A DNA stretch of 64,000 bases from the NCBI GenBank assembly GCA_002269645.1, contig NIVC01000421.1, positions 248,001 to 312,000 on the forward strand. The letters are read 5' to 3'. The position numbers and the translations under genes are program-made. The notes beneath the pieces were generated by a model. The model did no database searches and was not told the origin of the DNA. It saw only the letters and a program-made list of their open reading frames with translations. Shown piece by piece: positions 19,901 through 32,600 of this stretch (position 1 is its first letter; the number at the start of each line of letters is the position of its first letter). The stretch comes from Macrostomum lignano (lineage: Eukaryota).

Positions 19901-22900
19901 ATGGGCGGTCGCTACTCGCACCTGCCAGCAGCTCCGGCCTGCCTGCAGAGCCGCTACTTCTGTCTGACATTCCGAGCGCCAGACAGGATCAGCCTGATCG
20001 CCAGCAGCCAGGACACTCTGGAACTGATTCGGTCAGCCATTGCTGAAGCCTACAAACCCGGCATCCGGTTTGAATACGACGACCACGGCTCGTGGAGCAT
20101 CATCCTGGCCGGCTGTCCGTTCAAAATTGGTTCCAGTCGAAGCGAGGCAATCGCTGGCAAACTGGCTGGCATTGCAATTCTGCGCAGGTTGCTCAGCAGA
20201 GGCTGGCGAGCCGTTGTGAGCTCCGATCTCTGCCGGTCAAATGACTTAGGCACCTGGTTCTTTTCCCGAACTGAACCAGGTGTAGACTTTGCCGATGAGA
20301 GCGACAGAACCAGCTCCATCTGCTGCTTGGCCTTGTCAAGCAGCGATCGACTCCAGCTGATCGGTTTCCCGGCCAGTTTAACACCCAGAGTAGTCGATCG
20401 CATCCGTCAGGAGTGGAGCTGCGGTGTGCAGCGCGGACCCGAGGCTGTGTGCAATGGACAGGCTGTGGAATTGAAATTGCACGGAAATCCATGGTTAGCA
20501 ACTAACTTATTGTGGAGCTGCTGTGTCCGATTTCAGCTTAGATAAAGTACAGATGAATTAGGGCAGCAGTATGAGATGAGGGTTCTAGCTGTGTGACACT
20601 AGAGAGTCTCAGCTGTGTGACACTAGAGAGTCCCAGCTGTGTGACACTAGAGAGTCCCAGCTGTGTGACACTAGAGAGTCCCAGATGTGTGACACTAGAG
20701 AGTCCTAGCTGTGTGACACTAGAGAGTCTCAGCTGCGTGACACTAGAGAGTCCCAGATGTGTGACACTAGAGAGTCCCAGCTGTGTGACAGTTGAGAGTC
20801 CCAGCTGTGTGACATTTGAGAGAGTTCCAGCTGTGTGACAGTGGAGAGTCCCAGCTGTGTGACACTAGAGAGTCTCAGCTGTGTGACACTAGAGAGTCCC
20901 AGCTGTGTGACACTAGAGAGTCCCAGCTGTGTGACACTAGAGAGTCCCAGATGTGTGACACTAGAGAGTCCTAGCTGTGTGACACTAGAGAGTCTCAGCT
21001 GCGTGACACTAGAGAGTCCCAGCTGTGTGACAGTTGAGAGTCCCAGCTGTGTGACATTTGAGAGAGTTCCAGCTGTGTGACAGTGGAGAGTCCCAGCTGT
21101 GTGACACTAGAGAGTCTCAGCTGTGTGACACTAGAGAGTCCCAGATGTGTGACACTAGAGAGTCCCAGCTGTGTGACACTAGAGAGTCCCAGCTGTGTGA
21201 CACTAGTGAGTCCCAGCTGTGTGAAACTAGAGAGTCCCAGATGTGTGACACTAGAGAGTCCCAGATGTGTGACACTAGAGAGTCCCATATGTGTGACACT
21301 AGAGAGTCCCAGCTGTGTGACACTAGAGTCCCAGATGTGTGACACTAGAGAGTCCCAGCTGTGTGACACTAGAGAGTCCTAGCTGTGTGACACTAAAGAG
21401 TCCCAGCTGTGTGACACTAGAGAGTCCCAGCTGTGTGACACTAGAGAGTCCCAGCTGTGTGACACTAGAGAGTCCCAGCTGTGTGACACTAGAGAGTCCC
21501 AGCTGTGTGACACTAGAGAGTCCCAGATGTGTGACACTAGAGAGTCCCAGATGTGTGACACTAGAGAGTCCCAGATGTGTGACACTAGAGAGTCCCAGCT
21601 GTGTGACACTAGAGAGTCCCAGATGTGTGACACTAGAGAGTCCCAGATGAGTGACACTAGAGAGTCCCAGCTGTGTGACACTAGAGAGTCCCAGCTGTGT
21701 GACACTAGAGAGTCCCAGCTGTGTGACACTAGAGAGTCCCAGCTGTGTGACACTAGAGAGTCCCAGCTGTGTGACACTAGAGAGTCCCAGCTGTGTGACA
21801 CTAGATAGTCCCAGCTGTGTGACACCAGAGAGTCCCAGCTGTGTGACACTAGAGAGTCCCAGCTGTGTGACACTAGAGAGTCCCAGCTGTGTGACACTAG
21901 AGAGTCCCAGCTGTGTGACAGTGGAGAGTCCCAGCTGTGTGACACTAGAGAGTCCCAGCTGTGTGACACTAGAGAGTCCCAGCTGTGTGACACTAGAGAG
22001 TCCCAGATGTGTGACACTAAAGAGTCCCAGCTGTGTGACACTAGAGAGTCCCAGCTGTGTGACACTAGAGAGTCCCAGCTGTGTGACACTAGAGAGTCCC
22101 AGCTGTGTGACACTAGAGAGTCCCAGCTGTGTGACACTAGAGAGTCCCAGCTGTGTGACACTAGAGAGTCCCAGATGTGTGACACTAAAGAGTCCCAGCT
22201 GTGTGACACTAGAGAGTCCCAGCTGTGTGACACTAGAGAGTCCCAGCTGTGTGACACTAGAGAGTCCCAGCTGTGTGACACTAGAGAGTCCTAGCTGTGT
22301 GACACTAGAGAGTCCCAGCTGTGTGACACTAGAGAGTCCCAGCTGTGTGACACTAGAGAGTCCCAGCTGTGTGACACTAGAGAGTCCTAGCTGTGTGACT
22401 ATATAGCCAGCCATCTTACTCAGAGCCTCAACCTGACCACTAAATTTCAAGGCTGGCTTCCGAGCAGGAAGCGGTGGATGCCCGGCAAATGCTTCTTGCC
22501 ATTGTTCGCGAGATGCACAGGTGGGGTTGCCGGCTGTACCTGTCTAGCAGTCTGAAGGATACAACCGACAGTTTGTTCTTTCTGTGCCCACGGCGACTCA
22601 AGCCGCCAGTTGAGCAGCTGCTGGCTACCGAGATGTTCGTGCTCAGCCTCAACAGGCGTGATCGGTTGAGACTGATGGGCACTTCGGAGCAGTCAGAGGT
22701 TGAAGACAAAGACTGCAACCAACTGATGGACGTCATTAGAGAGTGTGTGCTGAACTACTGGCCTAAGGGTGAGTCTACGATCGATATTGATTTGAATATT
22801 TATGTAATTCTTTTGTTTAAATACTTTGTCTAGAAGATCAGATTTTAATTGGCTGAAAATCTCATGTGAATTTTAGGAAGATTTATTGGGTTGGGCGATA

Positions 22901-25900
22901 TTCTCATAAGCGATCTTATAGATAAGAGATTTCAGATCTGATAGTTAATCTTATAGCCAACCTGATTGGAAATCTTACAGGTGATCTCATAGCAAATCTC
23001 ATAGCAAATCTCACAGGTGGTCTCATAGCAAATCTCATAGCAAATCTCACAGGTGGTCTCATAGCAAATCTCATAGCAAATCTCACAGGTGGTCTCATAG
23101 CAAATCTCATAGCAAATCTCACAGGTGGTCTCATAGCAAATCTCATGGCAAATCTCACAGGTGGTCTCATAGCAAATCTCATAGCAAATCTCACAGGTGG
23201 TCTCATAGCAAATCTCATAGCAAATCTCACAGGTGGTCTCATAGCAAATCTCACAGGTGGTCTCATAGCAAATCTCATAACAAATCTCACAGGTGGTCTC
23301 ATAGCAAATCTCATAGCAAATCTCACAGGTGGTCTCATAGCAAATCTCATAGCAAATCTCACAGGTGGTCTCATATCAAATCTCACAGGTGGTCTCATAG
23401 CAAATCTCATAACAAATCTCACAGGTGGTCTCATAGCAAATCTCACAGGTGGTCTCATAGCAAATCTCATAGCAAATCTCACAGGTGGTCTCATAGCAAA
23501 TCTCATAGCAAGTCTCTCAGGTGGTCTCATAGCAAATCTCATAACAAATCTCACAGGTGGTCTCATAGCAAATCTCATGGCAAATCTCACAGGTGGTCTC
23601 ATAGCAAATCTCATAGCAAATCTCTCAGGTGGTCTCATAGCAAATCTCACAGGTGGTCTCATAGCAAATCTCATAGCAAATCTCACAGGTGGTCTCATAG
23701 CAAATCTCATAGCAAATCTCTCAGGTGGTCTCATAGCAAATCTCATAGCAAATCTCACAGGTGGTCTCATAGCAAATCTCATAACAAATCTCACAGGTGG
23801 TCTCATAGCAAATCTCATAGCAAATCTCACAGGTGGTCTCATAGCAAATCTCATAGCAAATCTCACAGGTGGTCTCATAGCAAATCTCATAGCAAGTCTC
23901 ACAGGTGGTCTCATAGCAAATCTCATGGCAAATCTCACAGGTGGTCTCGTAGCAAATCTCATGGCAAATCTCACAGGTGGTCTCATAGCAAATCTCATAG
24001 CAAATCTCACAGGTGGTCTCATAGCAAATCTCATAGCAAATCTCACAGGTGGTCTCATAGCAAATCTCATAGCAAATCTCACAGGTGGTCTCATAGCAAA
24101 TCTCACAGGTGGTCTCATAGCAAATCTCATAGCAAATCTCACAGGTGGTCTCATAGCAAATCTCATAGCAAATCTCACAGGTGGTCTCATAGCAAATCTC
24201 ATAGCAAATCTCACAGGTGGTCTCATAGCAAATCTCATAGCAAATCTCACAGGTGGTCTCATAGCAAATCTCATGGCAAATCTCACAGGTGGTCTCATAG
24301 CAAATCTCATAGCAAATCTCACAGGTGGTCTCATAGCAAATCTCATAGCAAATCTCACAGGTGGTCTCATAGCAAATCTCATAGCAAATCTCACAGGTGG
24401 TCTCATAGCAAATCTCATAGCAACTCTCACAGGTGGTCTCATAGCAAATCTCATGGAAAATCTCACAGGTGGTCTCATAGCAAATCTCATAGCAAATCTC
24501 ACAGGTGATCTCATAGCAAATATCATAACAAATCTCACAGGTGGTCTCATAGCAAATCTCACAGGTGGTCTCATAGCAAATCTCATAGCAAATCTCACAG
24601 GTGGTCTCATATCAAATCTCACAGGTGGTCTCATAGCAAATCTCATAGCAAATCTCTCAGGTGGTCTCATAGCAAATCTCACAGGTGGTCTCATAGCAAA
24701 TCTCATAGCAAATCTCACAGGTGGTCTCATAGCAAATCTTATAGCAAGTCTCACAGGTGGTCTCATAGCAAATCTCATAACAAATCTCACAGGTGGTCTC
24801 ATAGCAAATCTCATGGCAAATCTCACAGGTGGTCTCATAGCAAATCTCATAGCAAATCTCTCAGGTGGTCTCATAGAAAATCTCATAGCAAATCTCACAG
24901 GTGGTCTCATAGCAAATCTCATAGCAAATCTCACAGGTGGTCTCATAGCAAATCTCACAGCAAATCTCACAGGTGGTCTCATAGCAAATCTCATAGCAAA
25001 TCTCACAGGTGGTCTCATAGCAAATCTCATAGCAAATCTCACAGGTGGTCTCATAGCAAATCTCACGCACTAACGCCGCAGGGCTCCGTCAAGAGCGCGA
25101 CTGGTACGGAGCTCGAGAACTGCACCTGACCGGCTCGCCCTGGTGGACCGAAGGCTCCGACTCAGTGCACAGCCGCCTTCTGATCACCCTGCTGCTGCAG
25201 CGACTTCGCCAAATCGGCTGGCGAGTTGTCGAAACTGTCGACGTTTGTCGCCGACTGAGCGACAAGTCGATTCTGCTGTTCGAGAGGTCGCCGCCCAGAT
25301 CGACGCTGCACTGCTGCATATCGTTGAACGGCACCTCCTTGTTGCGGTTCATCAACGCTCCGGAGGACGTCGTATCGGCGATGCGGCACGTTGTGTCCGA
25401 CAACTATGCCAGGGGAATTAAAAGCGAGAAGATTTACGCCGGCTATCATCAGGTAACCGTTTCTGTAACTGTCTGTAATGGTTTCTGTAACTGTCTGTAA
25501 TGGTTTCTGTAATTGTCTGTAATGGTTTCTGTAATTGTCTGTAATGGTTTCTGTAATTGTCTGTAATATTTTCTGTAATGTCTGTAATGGTTTCTGTAAT
25601 TGTCTGTAATGGTTTCTGTAATTATCTGTAATGATTTCTGTAACTGTCTGTATTGGTTTCTGTAACTGTCTGTAATGGTTTCTGTAATTGTCTGTAATGG
25701 TTTTTGTAATTGTCTGTATTGGTTTCTGTAATTGTCTGTATTGGTTTCTGTAATTGTCTGTAATAATTATGTAATTGTCTGTAATGGTTTCTGTAATTTT
25801 CTGTAATAATTCTGTAATTGTCTGTAATGGTTTCTGTAATTGTCTGTAATGGTTTCTGTAATTGTCTGTAATATTTTCTGTAATGTCTGTAATGGTTTCT

Positions 25901-26446
25901 GTAATTGTCTGTAATGGTTTCTGTAAATATCTGTAATGGTTTCTGTAACTGTCTGTATTGGTTTCTGTAACTGTCTGTAATGGTTTCTGTAATTGTCTGT
26001 AATTGTTTCTGTAATTGTCTAATGGTTTCTGTAATTGTCTGTAATGGTTTCTTTAATTGTCTGTAATCGTTTCTGTAATTTTTTGTAATCCTTTCTGTAA
26101 ATGTCTTCAATCGCCTCTGTAATCGTCTGTTACCATGTCTGTAATTGTCTGTAATATTCTGTAACCGTCACTTCACCTCTCTCACTCGCTTCTCGCCACC
26201 CGGCAGATTCACCTCCGCGGGCAGCCCTGGTCGGCCTTCAGCGGCAACGATCACATGCACGGCCGACACCTCATGCTGGCCGTGCTCAGCGCTATGCGCC
26301 AGGACCTCGGCTGGTCTCTGGTCTGCTCTGCCGACGTGTCCGCGAAGTACCACCACTCGGACAGCGGGCAGGACTATCCACTGGACGTTCACAGCTGGTG
26401 GTTTTCTGCACCCGCGGCCAGCTTGGGGAATAACTGCGTTGATTAG
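19901..26446 (+). CDS. Uncharacterised 506-aa protein made of four tandem copies of an about 125-aa domain
   Basis: Exons 19901-20493, 22452-22768, 25082-25452 and 26207-26446 total 1521 nt, phase-consistent, ATG to TAG. Each repeat has [CF]xLxL...DRLxLxG...I...W..G...ELxLxGxPW...hh..h...GWxhh. Confidence 0.85.
20586..22400. repeat. 24-nt minisatellite (GTGTGACACTAGAGAGTCCCAGCT)n, intron 1 of the four-domain gene
   Basis: Directly visible; includes a duplicated block of about 242 nt near its 5' end. Confidence 0.97.
22970..25066. repeat. 12-nt-based higher-order array, mostly (CTCATAGCAAAT)2 CTCACAGGTGGT, in intron 2
   Basis: Directly visible 36-nt and 24-nt composites. Confidence 0.97.
25453..26168. 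repeat. About 22-nt minisatellite (GTAATGGTTTCTGTAATTGTCT)n, intron 3, starting at the donor GT
   Basis: Directly visible. Confidence 0.95.
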
Positions 26447-26504
26447 GGTCGGATTTTGGCGAGTTAGAGTTGGTCCCAAATTCCCACGGATGAGCTGGGA
26501 TCAT

Positions 26505-27340
26505 GAGACTTTTACCTGGTCATTGATCATTTCTGAAGATTTTACCTGGTCACTGATCATTTCTGAAGATTTTACCTGGTCACTGATCATTTCTGAAGAT
26601 TCTACCTGGTCACTGATCATTTCTGAAGAGATTTTACCTGGTCACTGATCATTTCTGAAGATTCTACCTGGTCACTGATCATTTCTGAAGAGATTTTACC
26701 TGGTCACTGATCATTTCTGAAGAGATTTTACCTGGTCACTGATCATTTCTGAAGATTTTACCTGGTCACTGATCATTTCTGAAGATTTTATCTGGTCACT
26801 GATCATTTCTGAAGATTCTAGCTCGTACCTGGTCACTGATCATTTCTGAAGATTTTACCTGGTCACTGATCATTTCTGAAGATTCTACCTGGTCACTGAT
26901 CATTTATGAAGAGATTTTACCTGGTCACTGATCATTTCTGAAGAGATTTTACCTGGTCACTGATCATTTCTGAAGAGATTTTACCTGGTCACTGATCATT
27001 TCTGAAGAGATTTTACCTGGTCACTGATCATTTATGAAGAGATTTTACCTGGTCACTGATCATTTCTGAAGAGATTTTACCTGGTCACTGATCATTTATG
27101 AAGATTTTACCTGGTCACTGATCATTTCTGAAGATTTTACCTGGTCACTGATCATTTATGAAGATTCTACCTGGTCACTGATCATTTCTGAAGATTCTAC
27201 CTGGTCACTGATCATTTCTGAAGATTCTACCTGGTCACTGATCATTTCTGAAGATTCTATCTGGTCACTGATCATTTCTGAAGATTCTACCTGGTCACTG
27301 ATCATTTCTTGAGATTTTACCTATGGTCACTGATCATTTC
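26505..27340. repeat. 30/32-nt minisatellite (TTACCTGGTCACTGATCATTTCTGAAGATT)n, just 3' of the stop codon
   Basis: Directly visible. Confidence 0.95.
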
Positions 27341-27974
27341 TGGTTAAATCTTACTCTAAACGATAAAGTCACTCTGTCGTTTCTACGAGAGTAAAGCCTT
27401 TTTAATTATTAATACAAATATTAAAATGTTTAAAAAGATTATTTTAATAACAAGTATTGATAATATGCATTGATGTAGAATAATTTTTGTTTAAACCAAT
27501 AGTTTATTCAAATTTGAGGCTTTTTTGCTTTCGCTAATCAGCAAAACAAATCGAAAACGGATTATTATTTTTACTATTCTTCCTTCAGAATTTCCACCCC
27601 CATTCCGAATGGCATGTAGTTGCAAAATTTTGATTTAAATATTTTTTATAAATTTGTTCTGACATGTTAATCAAATCTTGTTTTCTTTTATCAGTTTGCT
27701 TTCTTCTGGCTTTTCAATTTTTAACAATATTTTTTTGCTTTTATAGCAACCGTATTTATGCTTTATCAGCTTTTGCTGCTCTGCACTGCACTTTTAAATA
27801 ATCAATGCAATTTCAATCTTAGCTAGCATAACGTTATAACAAAATGTATTTAGTGGCTAATATTTTGGTTAATATATATTAAATTGCTTTTTTCTTCGTC
27901 GCAAACCCGAGTGTTTTTTCTTGTTTATTTATTTACTTGGTTTAATAGGTATTTACGCGTTGTTATGACAATAT

Positions 27975-28600
27975 GAAACTCACCCAAAAACTCACTCGTA
28001 AACTCACTGATGAACTGACTTATAAACTCACTCACGAACTCACTCATAATCTCACTCATGAACTCACTTATGAACTCACTCATGAACTCACTTATGAACT
28101 CACTCATGAACTCACTCATGAGCTCACTCATAAACTCACTCATAAACTCACTCATAAACTCACTCATAGACTCACTCATGAACTCAGTCATGAGCTCACT
28201 CATAAACTCACTCATAAACTCACTCATAAACTCACTCATAAACTCACTCATGAACTCAGTCATGAGCTCATAAACTCACTCATTAAGTCACTCATGAACT
28301 GACTTATAAACTCACTCATAAACTCACTCATAGACTCACTCATGAACTCAGTCATGAGCTCACTCATAAACTCACTCATAAACTCACTCATAAACTCACT
28401 CATGAACTCAGTCATGAGCTCATAAACTCACTCATTAAGTCACTCATGAACTGACTTATAAACTCACTCATAAACTCACTCATAAACTCACTCATAAACT
28501 CACTCATGAACTCAGTCATGAGCTCATAAACTCACTCATTAAGTCACTCATGAACTGACTTATAAACTCACTCATAAACTCACCAATGAACTCAGTCATG
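27975..28600. repeat. 12-nt minisatellite (CTCACTCATAAA/GAA)n upstream of PPIP5K
   Basis: Directly visible. Confidence 0.93.
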
Positions 28601-28753
28601 AAATGAGTTTAGCGCAACGATACTAGCAGGATAAACCTAACAATTACTGAATACTTCAGATTCATATTTTATTATCCTGATTCTCCTCCGCATTTCCTAG
28701 AAAGCACTGCCCGCAACGCCGTACTGATCGTCCAAGCATCTCAGTCGACGTCC

Positions 28754-29221
28754 ATGGCGTCAGCGGACGCTGGCAGTCCTCGGTCGAAAATTCGCCTAGG
28801 CCTATGCGCCATGGCCAAGAAGGCCAAGTCGAAACCCATGACTGCCATTCTCACTCGATTGAGCAGGAAATTTGGACATATTCGAATACTGGTATTCGAA
28901 GAGCGCGATATTCTTGAGCAACCGGTTGAGGCTTGGCCAGTTGTGGATGCTCTGATATCGTTCTATTCTCACGGCTTCCCGCTGGAGAAGGTGGCTCAGT
29001 ATGCGGAACTGAGAAAGCCATTTCTGGTCAACGATTTGACATCGCAGCGACTGCTCATGAATAGGCAGAAGGTATAATTGTTGTCAATTGAGGCTCTAAT
29101 CGATTGATTGTTTGATTGTTTGATTGATTGACTGATGACTGACTGACTGACTGATTGATTGACTTTTGATTGGTTGATTGACTGACTGATTGATTGATTA
29201 ATTGATTGATTGATTGGTTAA

Positions 29222-29252
<31 letters not shown>

Positions 29253-29268
29253 GTTAATTAATTGATTA

Positions 29269-29315
<47 letters not shown>

Positions 29316-29316
29316 A

Positions 29317-29407
<91 letters not shown>

Positions 29408-29408
29408 A

Positions 29409-29451
<43 letters not shown>

Positions 29452-29520
29452 AATTGATTGATTGATTGATTGATTGATTAATTGATTGATTGATTGCTTG
29501 ATTGGTTAATTGATTGATTA

Positions 29521-29552
<32 letters not shown>

Positions 29553-29588
29553 GTTGTTTGATTTACTGATTGATTGATTGATTGGTTA

Positions 29589-29623
<35 letters not shown>

Positions 29624-29656
29624 AATTGATTGATTGATTGATTGGTTGATTAATTG

Positions 29657-29690
<34 letters not shown>

Positions 29691-32600
29691 TGATTTACTG
29701 ATTGAATGATTAGTTGATTTGGATTATCGATTGGTTAGAATTATCGATTAGTGAAATTATCGATTGGTTGAATTATCAATTGGATGAATTATCGATTGGT
29801 TGAATTATCGATTGGTTGAATTATCGATTGGTTGAATTATCGATTGGTTGAATTATCGATTGGTTGAATTATCGATTGGTTTAATTATCGATTGGTTTAA
29901 TTATCGATTGGTTGAATTATCGATTGGTTGAATTATCGATTGGTTGAATTATCGATTGGTTGAATTATCGATTGGTTGAATTCGCGATTGGTTGAATGAA
30001 TTACTGATTGGTTTCAGTTATCGATTGGTTAAATTATCGATTGGTTCGTTAGATGGTTAATTGATTGATTTATTGATTGGTTGATACCCCAATCTCCACT
30101 CACAGCGACAGAAACCCTGTGACCACAGATTAGCAATCCTATCATGTAAAATCCCTTGAAAATTCCTTCTACAGGTGTACGAACGACTTCGCGAATGGGA
30201 AATCCCAGTCGTTCGCTACGCCGTCTGTCATCGAGGCGACGCCGGCGACGATGACGCTCTATTCGAAGCCGAAGATCACATCATACTGAATGGCGTCACC
30301 TTCAACAAGCCGTTTGTTGAGAAGCCGCTGGACGCGGACGATCACAATATTCAAATTTATTTTCCCAGCACGGCTGGCGGCGGCTCCGTCCGGCTGTTCC
30401 GCAAGGTGGGCAACTGCAGCAGCGTCTATCATCAGCAGCAGAGCCGCGTGCGGCGGCTGGGCAGCTTCGTGTATGAGGAGTTCATGGCCACGGATGGCAC
30501 TGACATCAAGGTAATGCGTCTGTGTGTCCGGCTGTGTGCCTGTCTGTGTGTCCGGCTGTCTCTGTGTGTCTTCCTGTGTTTCTGTATGTCTGCCTGTGTG
30601 TCTGTGTGTTTGCCTGTGTGCCTGTGTGTCTGTGTGTCTGTCTGAGTGTCTGTGTGTCTGCCTGAGTGTCTGTGGGTCTGGCTGTGCGTGTGTGTGTGTC
30701 TGGCTGTGTGCGTGGGTGTCTGCCTGTGTCGAGTCTGTGTGTCTGTGCATCTGTATGTCGGTCTTGTCCTTCTGTCCGTATGTCTGCCGGCCTGTGTCTG
30801 TATTTGTGTCTGTAATTGTGTCTGTATGTCTGTGTACGTGCCTATACCCGTTTGTCTATCTTTAGTATCTGTCTCTCTGTAGATCTGTACCAACTTATTA
30901 AGGCAGCAATTTGGAGTTACGCTAATGCTAGCATTTCGCGTCTGGAAAAGTCTCGGCTATTGATGCATAGCATAGCATACATTGAGTGGTTTCTGGTCCT
31001 TTGCAACTATATAGGCATGTATCGAATTGGAATGACATCAATTGCTACTGCAGTGTGCATAAAATTATGAATTATATGCACATAATTTTGTTTAGGAGTG
31101 TTCGTCTGATTTTATTGACCCACCTGGCAGTAGTGCTTAGGAGGGGTGTTTAAGTTCTTCTGGCTAAGCCCACCTCAGGTAAATAGAAGCACTACTTGCA
31201 GTTAAAACCTCAATCCGCTAGGTAATCAAGCCAAGATAAACAAGCCACTCAACTTCCTTGAACTAGAAAACGGTTCCCAGGTAGAAAATTCAAAGGTTAA
31301 TTGCCCCCAAACTCAAACTCTACCAGGTGAGCCAGTCTAGATAATTACCGATCCCCAGACCCCAAGTCCAGATAAGTAATCGAGTACTTCAAGTAAGTAC
31401 TCGAAGTAATTACTGCTCCCCAAACTTCAACGCCGGGTAAGAAAGTCAAGTTAATTTTGGAAACCCAAACTCCAACTTCACGTGAGAGAATTGAGACAAT
31501 TACGACACCCTAAACACCAACTTCAGATGAAAGAATCGAGGCATTTATCAGCTCCCCAAACCTCAACTCCAATTGAAATAGTCAAGATAATTACCGGCTT
31601 CCCAAAACCTAACTCCAGGTGAGAGAGTCAAGATAATTACCAGCTCCCCAAAACCTAACTCCAGGTGAGAGAGTCAAGATAATTACCAGCTCCCCAAACC
31701 CCACCGGCAGGTAAGAAGGTCAGTTATTTAAGGCACCCCAAACCCCAACTCCAGGTGAGAGAGTCAAGATAATTACCAGCTCCCCAAAACCTAACTCCAG
31801 GTGAGAGAGTCAAGATAATTACCAGCTCCCCAAACCCCACCGGCAGGTAAGAAGGTCAGTTATTTAAGGCACCCCAAACCCCAACTCCAGGTGAGAGAGT
31901 CAAGATAATTACCAGCTCCCCAAATCTAACTCCAGGTGAGAAAGCCGAGATAATTACCGCATTCAAAACAAAGTAACAGAGCCAAGGCAGCTAACGTATA
32001 AAAAACCGCAGGTGCAAAAGTAAAAACGCCTCTCCAAAACGCTGCCCCATCCCTCCTAAAAATCTGCAGGTATACGCAATCGGAGGTGACTATGCTCATG
32101 CCGAAGCTCGGAAATCACCCGCCCTGGACGGCAAGGTGGAGCGCGACCCGGAGGGCAAGGAGATGCGCTGCCCGGTGATTCTCACCGCTCGAGAAAAAAT
32201 CATCGCCAAAAAAGTTGTGGAAGCCTTCAACCAGACTGTGTGCGGCTTTGACCTGCTCCGCGCCAATGGAGTCTCGTACGTATGCGACGTTAACGGCTTC
32301 AGCTTCGTGAAGAGCTCGGAGAAGTACTACGACGACTGCGCCTTCATCTTGGCCACCCTGCTCACCCAGGCCATTGCGCCGTCTCTGTCCCTGTCAGTCA
32401 GCTGTCCCAGCATGGACCGGCCGCCGCTGGTTCGAACCACCTTCGGCACCGTGATGGAGCTGCGCTGTCTAATCGCCGTCATTAGGCACAGCGACCGGAC
32501 TCCCAAGCAGAAGCTGAAAATGCCTGTCTATGGCAAAGAGTTTTATCGACTGTTCAACCGACACAGAGGTGGCGGAGGTCGCCGATTTGAGGCCAAGCTG

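Noticed and set aside
20593-25073. ORFs of 250-716 aa over the 24-nt and 12/36-nt arrays
   Set aside because: Unit lengths are multiples of three with stop-free frames. Both arrays lie inside introns of the four-domain gene, whose exons join in frame without them.
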